Assembly (NCBI GenBank): GCA_038087875.1
Contig: CM075989.1
Coordinates: 4,898,001-4,962,000, forward strand
Direction of reading: 5' to 3'
Length of the DNA stretch: 64,000 nt
DNA from: Malacoraja senta
Lineage: Eukaryota
Of this stretch, positions 63,601-64,000 are shown one piece after another (position 1 is the first letter of the stretch; each line of letters opens with the position of its first letter). Both the position numbers and the translations under genes were made by a program. Below the pieces are notes generated by a model. It did not search any database, had not been told where the DNA came from, and was given only the letters and a program-made list of their open reading frames with translations.

Positions 63601-64000
63601 GAATTAAAATGAATAAAATTAAAACATTGGATCACCATCTGGAATACAGTTGCGATCACATACTCTCTGATATTCTGTTGTAGAAATTATGGGATTTACC
63701 TATTTATTTCAATTCTGTCTATTTTTTCTTGGTATCTCCATGCATTGCATGCTCTGTTGTGTGGTTTTAACAGGAGATTAGTTTAACATGGCATCATATT
63801 AATGCAGGAGATTGTGGGCCACATGGCCTGTTCCTGTGCTATACTGTTCGATGTAAAAACAAGCAACTGCAGATGCTGGTTTACAAAAAGGAACACAAAA
63901 TTCTGGAGTAACAGTGGGTGAGGTCTTCAGATTTCTTCCCAATCCTGTGTGTGTTATCCAAAAACGGAAGGTTTTCCTTGTGCTCAATGTTGAAAGTCTC

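Overview
Eukaryotic, repeat-dominated intronic/intergenic DNA, most likely a cartilaginous fish such as a skate or ray (inferred from HE1/V-SINE-type tRNA-derived SINEs, CR1, Rex1/Babar, L1/Tx1 and Penelope-like elements (PLEs)). There is no complete gene, only a few candidate exons, which I cannot assign to a named gene. About 18.2-18.8 kb is present twice (11267-29514 and 29715-48476) and abuts both sides of a 200-N gap. This is probably two haplotypes joined in tandem, and it allows filled-site versus empty-site comparisons. These show recent insertions with target-site duplications (TSDs) from a ~90-125 bp PLE-derived mini-element carrying a minimal hammerhead-ribozyme-like core (CTGAnGA-A-stem II-GAAAC-GTY). 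One such insertion holds seven head-to-tail copies of a 36-nt, hairpin-bounded segment of the element, and another locus restarts at the same template position. Together these hint at reiterative (telomerase-like) reverse transcription. Repeat coordinates are approximate unless TSDs or terminal inverted repeats (TIRs) are given.
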